A program made the translations under genes and the position numbers. Below, in pieces: positions 60,904 through 64,000 of a stretch of 64,000 nt of DNA. The notes beneath the pieces were generated by a model. That model was not told the origin of the DNA and did no database searches. It saw nothing but the letters and a program-made list of their open reading frames with translations. Source of the stretch: an uncultured delta proteobacterium (GTDB lineage Bacteria > Myxococcota_A > UBA9160 > UBA4427); NCBI GenBank assembly GCA_963822965.1, contig CAWGJT010000014.1:384001-448000 (forward strand), read 5' to 3'. Each line of letters opens with the position of its first letter. Position 1 is the first letter of the stretch.

Positions 60904-63900
60904 ATGACGTCGTGGTTCCCTGCTGTTCGATTCGCCCGAGTCGTCGCTCTGTTCTGTCTGCTCGTGTGGCCTGCCGTCGCCTTCGCCCAGAGCGACTTCG
61001 TGACCTTCGAGAGCGATCCGGTGCGCCCCATCGCGCTGTCTCCCGACGGCTCGCGCCTCTTCGTCGTGAACATTCCGGACGCGTATCTCGAGGTCTTCGA
61101 CCTGAGCGATCCGCTGGTCCTCGAGCCGGTGGCGTCCATCCCCGTCGGCCTCGAGCCGGTGGCGCTCGTGGCGCTGTCGAACGACGAGGTGTGGGTCGTC
61201 AACCAGCTGTCGGACAGCGTCAGCATCGTGAGCGTCTCGCAGAAGACGGTGACCCGCACCTTGCTCGTGGGCGACGAGCCCCGCGACATCGTGGTGGCGG
61301 ACCCGCCCGGACCCGTCGGCCCGCGCGTCTTCGTCACCACCGCCCATCGGGGCCAGCAGCGCACGGACGCCTCGATCTCCGGGGTGCCGGGGGCCGGCGA
61401 TCCCGAGCTCACCACGGCGGGCGTCGGACGCGCCGACGCGTGGGTCTTCGATCCGGCGAACCTCGGGGCGACCCTCGGCGGAACGCCCCTCCGGATCCTG
61501 ACCTTCTTCACCGACAAGCCGCGCGCCCTGGCGGTGAGCCCCGACGGCAGCGCCGTCTACGTGGCGGGCTTCCATACCGGCAACCAGACCACCGCCGTCA
61601 GCGAGGGAGTCGTCTGCGACGGGTTCGGGGGCGCCGGGCCCTGCGCGGGCGACGGCATCACCTCGCCCGGCGGCCTCGGGGGCGGCAACCTGCCGGGCGG
61701 CAATCCCGGCCCCATCGACAACCACGAGAACATCGACGCGCCGGAGGTCGGTCTCATCGTGAAGTGGGACCCGGTGGACGGCCGCTTCGAGGACGAGCTG
61801 GGCCGCAACTGGAACAACGGCGTTCGCTTCACGCTTCCCGACGAGGACGTCTTCGCGGTGGACGTCGCCACCCTCACCCAGACGGCCGTCCATTCCGGCG
61901 TCGGTACGATCCTCTTCAACATGATCGTCAACCCGTCGAACGGAAAGCTCTACGTCTCGAACACCGACGCCAACAATCTCACCCGCTTCGAGGGGGCCGG
62001 CACCTACGGCGGCTCCACCGTCCAGGGGCACCTGGCGGAGTCCCACATCACGATCATCGACGATCCCGACCTGACGGCCTCGCCCGTCACGCCGCGGCAC
62101 CTCAACAAGCACATCGACTACGCGCTGCTGCCCGCGCCGGCGGGGGTCAAGGAGAAGAGCCTCGCCACCCCGGTCGAGATGGCGATCTCGCCGGACGGCC
62201 TCACCCTCTACGTCGCCGCGTTCGGCTCGGGGAAGATCGGCACCTTCGACACGAGCCAGCTCGAGAGCGACACCTTCACGCCCGACGAGGCCAGCCACAT
62301 CCCGGTGACCGGCGGCGGCCCGGCCGGCCTGGCCCTGTCGGCGGACGGCAGCCTGCTCTACGTCCTGACGCGCTTCGACAACGGGGTCTCGGTGGTGTCA
62401 GACGTCCGGCGCCACCGAGGTGGCGCACTTCGCGCTGCCGGACCCCGAGCCGGCGGCGGTGGTCATCGGACGGCCCATGCTCTACGACGCCCTGGAGTTC
62501 TCGAGCAACGGCGAGGCGTCGTGCTCGAGCTGCCACGTCTTCGGCGACATGGACGACCTGGCCTGGGACCTCGGCGACCCCGACACCGACGTGAAGGCCA
62601 ATCCGCTGGACATCAACTTCGGAGACGTCATTCCCTTCATCGGCCAGGTGCTCGGGCTCACCGTCGAGCTCAACGGCGGCGCGGGCGACTTCGAGTTCCA
62701 CCCCATGAAGGGGCCCATGACGACCCAGACCCTGCGCGGCATGCGCAACGGCGGTGCCATGCACTGGCGGGGCGACCGCTCGGTGGGCATCTTCGGCACG
62801 AGCCAGACCGACGAGAACCTGAGCTTCAAGAACTTCATCGTGGCCTTCGGCGGCCTGCTGGGAGACGACGCCTTCCCCACCGCCGGGCAGATGCAGGACT
62901 TCTCGAACTTCGCCCTCGAGATCACGCTGCCGCCGAACCCCGTCCGGAACCTCGACAACTCCCTCACCACCGCCCAGCAGAACGGCCGCAACTTCTACCT
63001 TGGCACCCGCCGTGCGGACGGCCTGGCGTCAGACCAGTTCGGGTTCACCACGGGCTTCACCTGCAACGGCTGCCACGTGCTCGACGCCGCGCAGGGCTAC
63101 TTCGGAAACGGGGAGCACGGCAGCTTCGAGAACGAGACCCAGCTCGTGAAGATCCCCCACCTGCGCAACATGTATCAGAAGGTGGGCATGTTCGGGCTGC
63201 CGCACGTGCCCTTCGACCTGGCCGGCGACAACGGCTTCAAGGGCGACCAGATCCGGGGCTACGGCTTCCTGCACGACGGCTCCACGGACACGCTGTTCCG
63301 CTTCTTCCAGGCCGTCGTGTTCGCCGGGCAGACCGATCCCGACACGGGCTTCCAGAGCGACGACGAGCGCCGGGACATGGAGCAGTTCATGCTGGCCTTC
63401 GACAGCGACCTGGCCCCCATCGTCGGCCAGCAGATCACCCTCACCGCCTCGAACGGCGGGGTGACGAACCCGCGCGTCGACCTGCTGATCCAGCGCGCCG
63501 ACGCGAGCTTCACCTCCCAGATCCTGGGCGGGGTCGTGACCGAGTGCGACGTGATCGCGAAGGCGGTGGTGGCCGGACAGCCCCTGGGATGGGTGTACAC
63601 GGGCGGCGGCCTGGGCGTGGGCAGCTTCGCGGCGTCGGACGGCACGAACACCACCGATGCGGCCCTGCGCGCCCTGGCGACCGACACGCCGGTGACCTTC
63701 ACCTGCGTCCCGCCGGGCTCGGGAACGCGCATGGGCATCAACCGCGACCGCGACAGCCCTGCTCGACGCGGTGGACAACTGCCCGGGCGTTTCGAACGAT
63801 CCGCAGACGGACACCGACACGGACGGGCTGGGCGACGCCTGCGATCCGACGCCGGTGCCGGAGCCCGGGCAGCTGGCGATGCTGGCGAGCGGGATCGCGC

Positions 63901-63944
63901 TTCTGAGCGTCCTCGGGCGGAAGCGCCTCGCGCGGCGGGCCTGA
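60904..63944 (+). CDS. Exported YVTN/YncE beta-propeller + di-heme cytochrome c + TSP3-like repeat + PEP-CTERM protein; frameshifts at ~62400 and ~63760
   Basis: Signal AFA-Q; propeller repeats (PIALSPDGSRLFVVN); CSSCH 62522-62536 and CNGCH 63062-63076; HWRGDR; KIPHLRN; DNCP.VSN..Q.DTD.DGLGDACD; VPEP-TM-RKR tail. Confidence 0.82.
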
Positions 63945-63947
63945 TCC

Positions 63948-63993
63948 CCGGCGCACGCCGGATCCGGCGTGCTCCCGATCAGGCGTGCGCCGG
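63948..63993. other. Nested inverted repeats after the last gene (possible terminator or REP-like element)
   Basis: Perfect 20-bp palindrome gcacgccggatccggcgtgc (63953-63972); ccggcgcacgcc (63948-63959) pairs with ggcgtgcgccgg (63982-63993). Confidence 0.5.
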
Positions 63994-64000
63994 ATCCGGA

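Overview
Very GC-rich bacterial DNA, probably from an uncultured Gram-negative (diderm) organism. Lipoboxes, a Tat signal, a PEP-CTERM tail and an Agl/Glt-like cluster would fit a Myxococcota/deltaproteobacterial lineage, but that is inference. The dominant feature is a ~26 kb co-directional locus (4.3-30.2 kb) with three parts. First, a nine-gene operon resembling the conserved core of the Agl-Glt machinery: a periplasmic protein, three TPR proteins (two are lipoproteins), a small GltF-like protein, one MotA/TolQ/ExbB, two ExbD/TolR and a TonB-like AgmX/PglI C-terminal protein. Second, a c-di-GMP-I (GEMM-I) riboswitch with an overlapping intrinsic terminator. Third, a 5068-aa surface protein with ~17 DUF11-like Ig repeats, SdrD-B-like domains, 3-4 OmpA-like domains and a large C-terminal beta-barrel. 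The rest is mostly accessory metabolism and transport: RND efflux, pqiA/pqiA/pqiB, thiolase-like protein, BVMO, crotonase, msrA, Tat GMC oxidoreductase pair, arylsulfotransferase-like protein, HTTM protein, hflX, ABC-F, ADH/LysR, SDR/TetR, and a PEP-CTERM di-heme beta-propeller protein. Many genes outside the big locus carry single-base frameshifts, most simply explained as long-read or assembly errors. No rRNA, tRNA, CRISPR array, integrase or transposase was recognised. All family calls are by eye from motifs; no searches were run.
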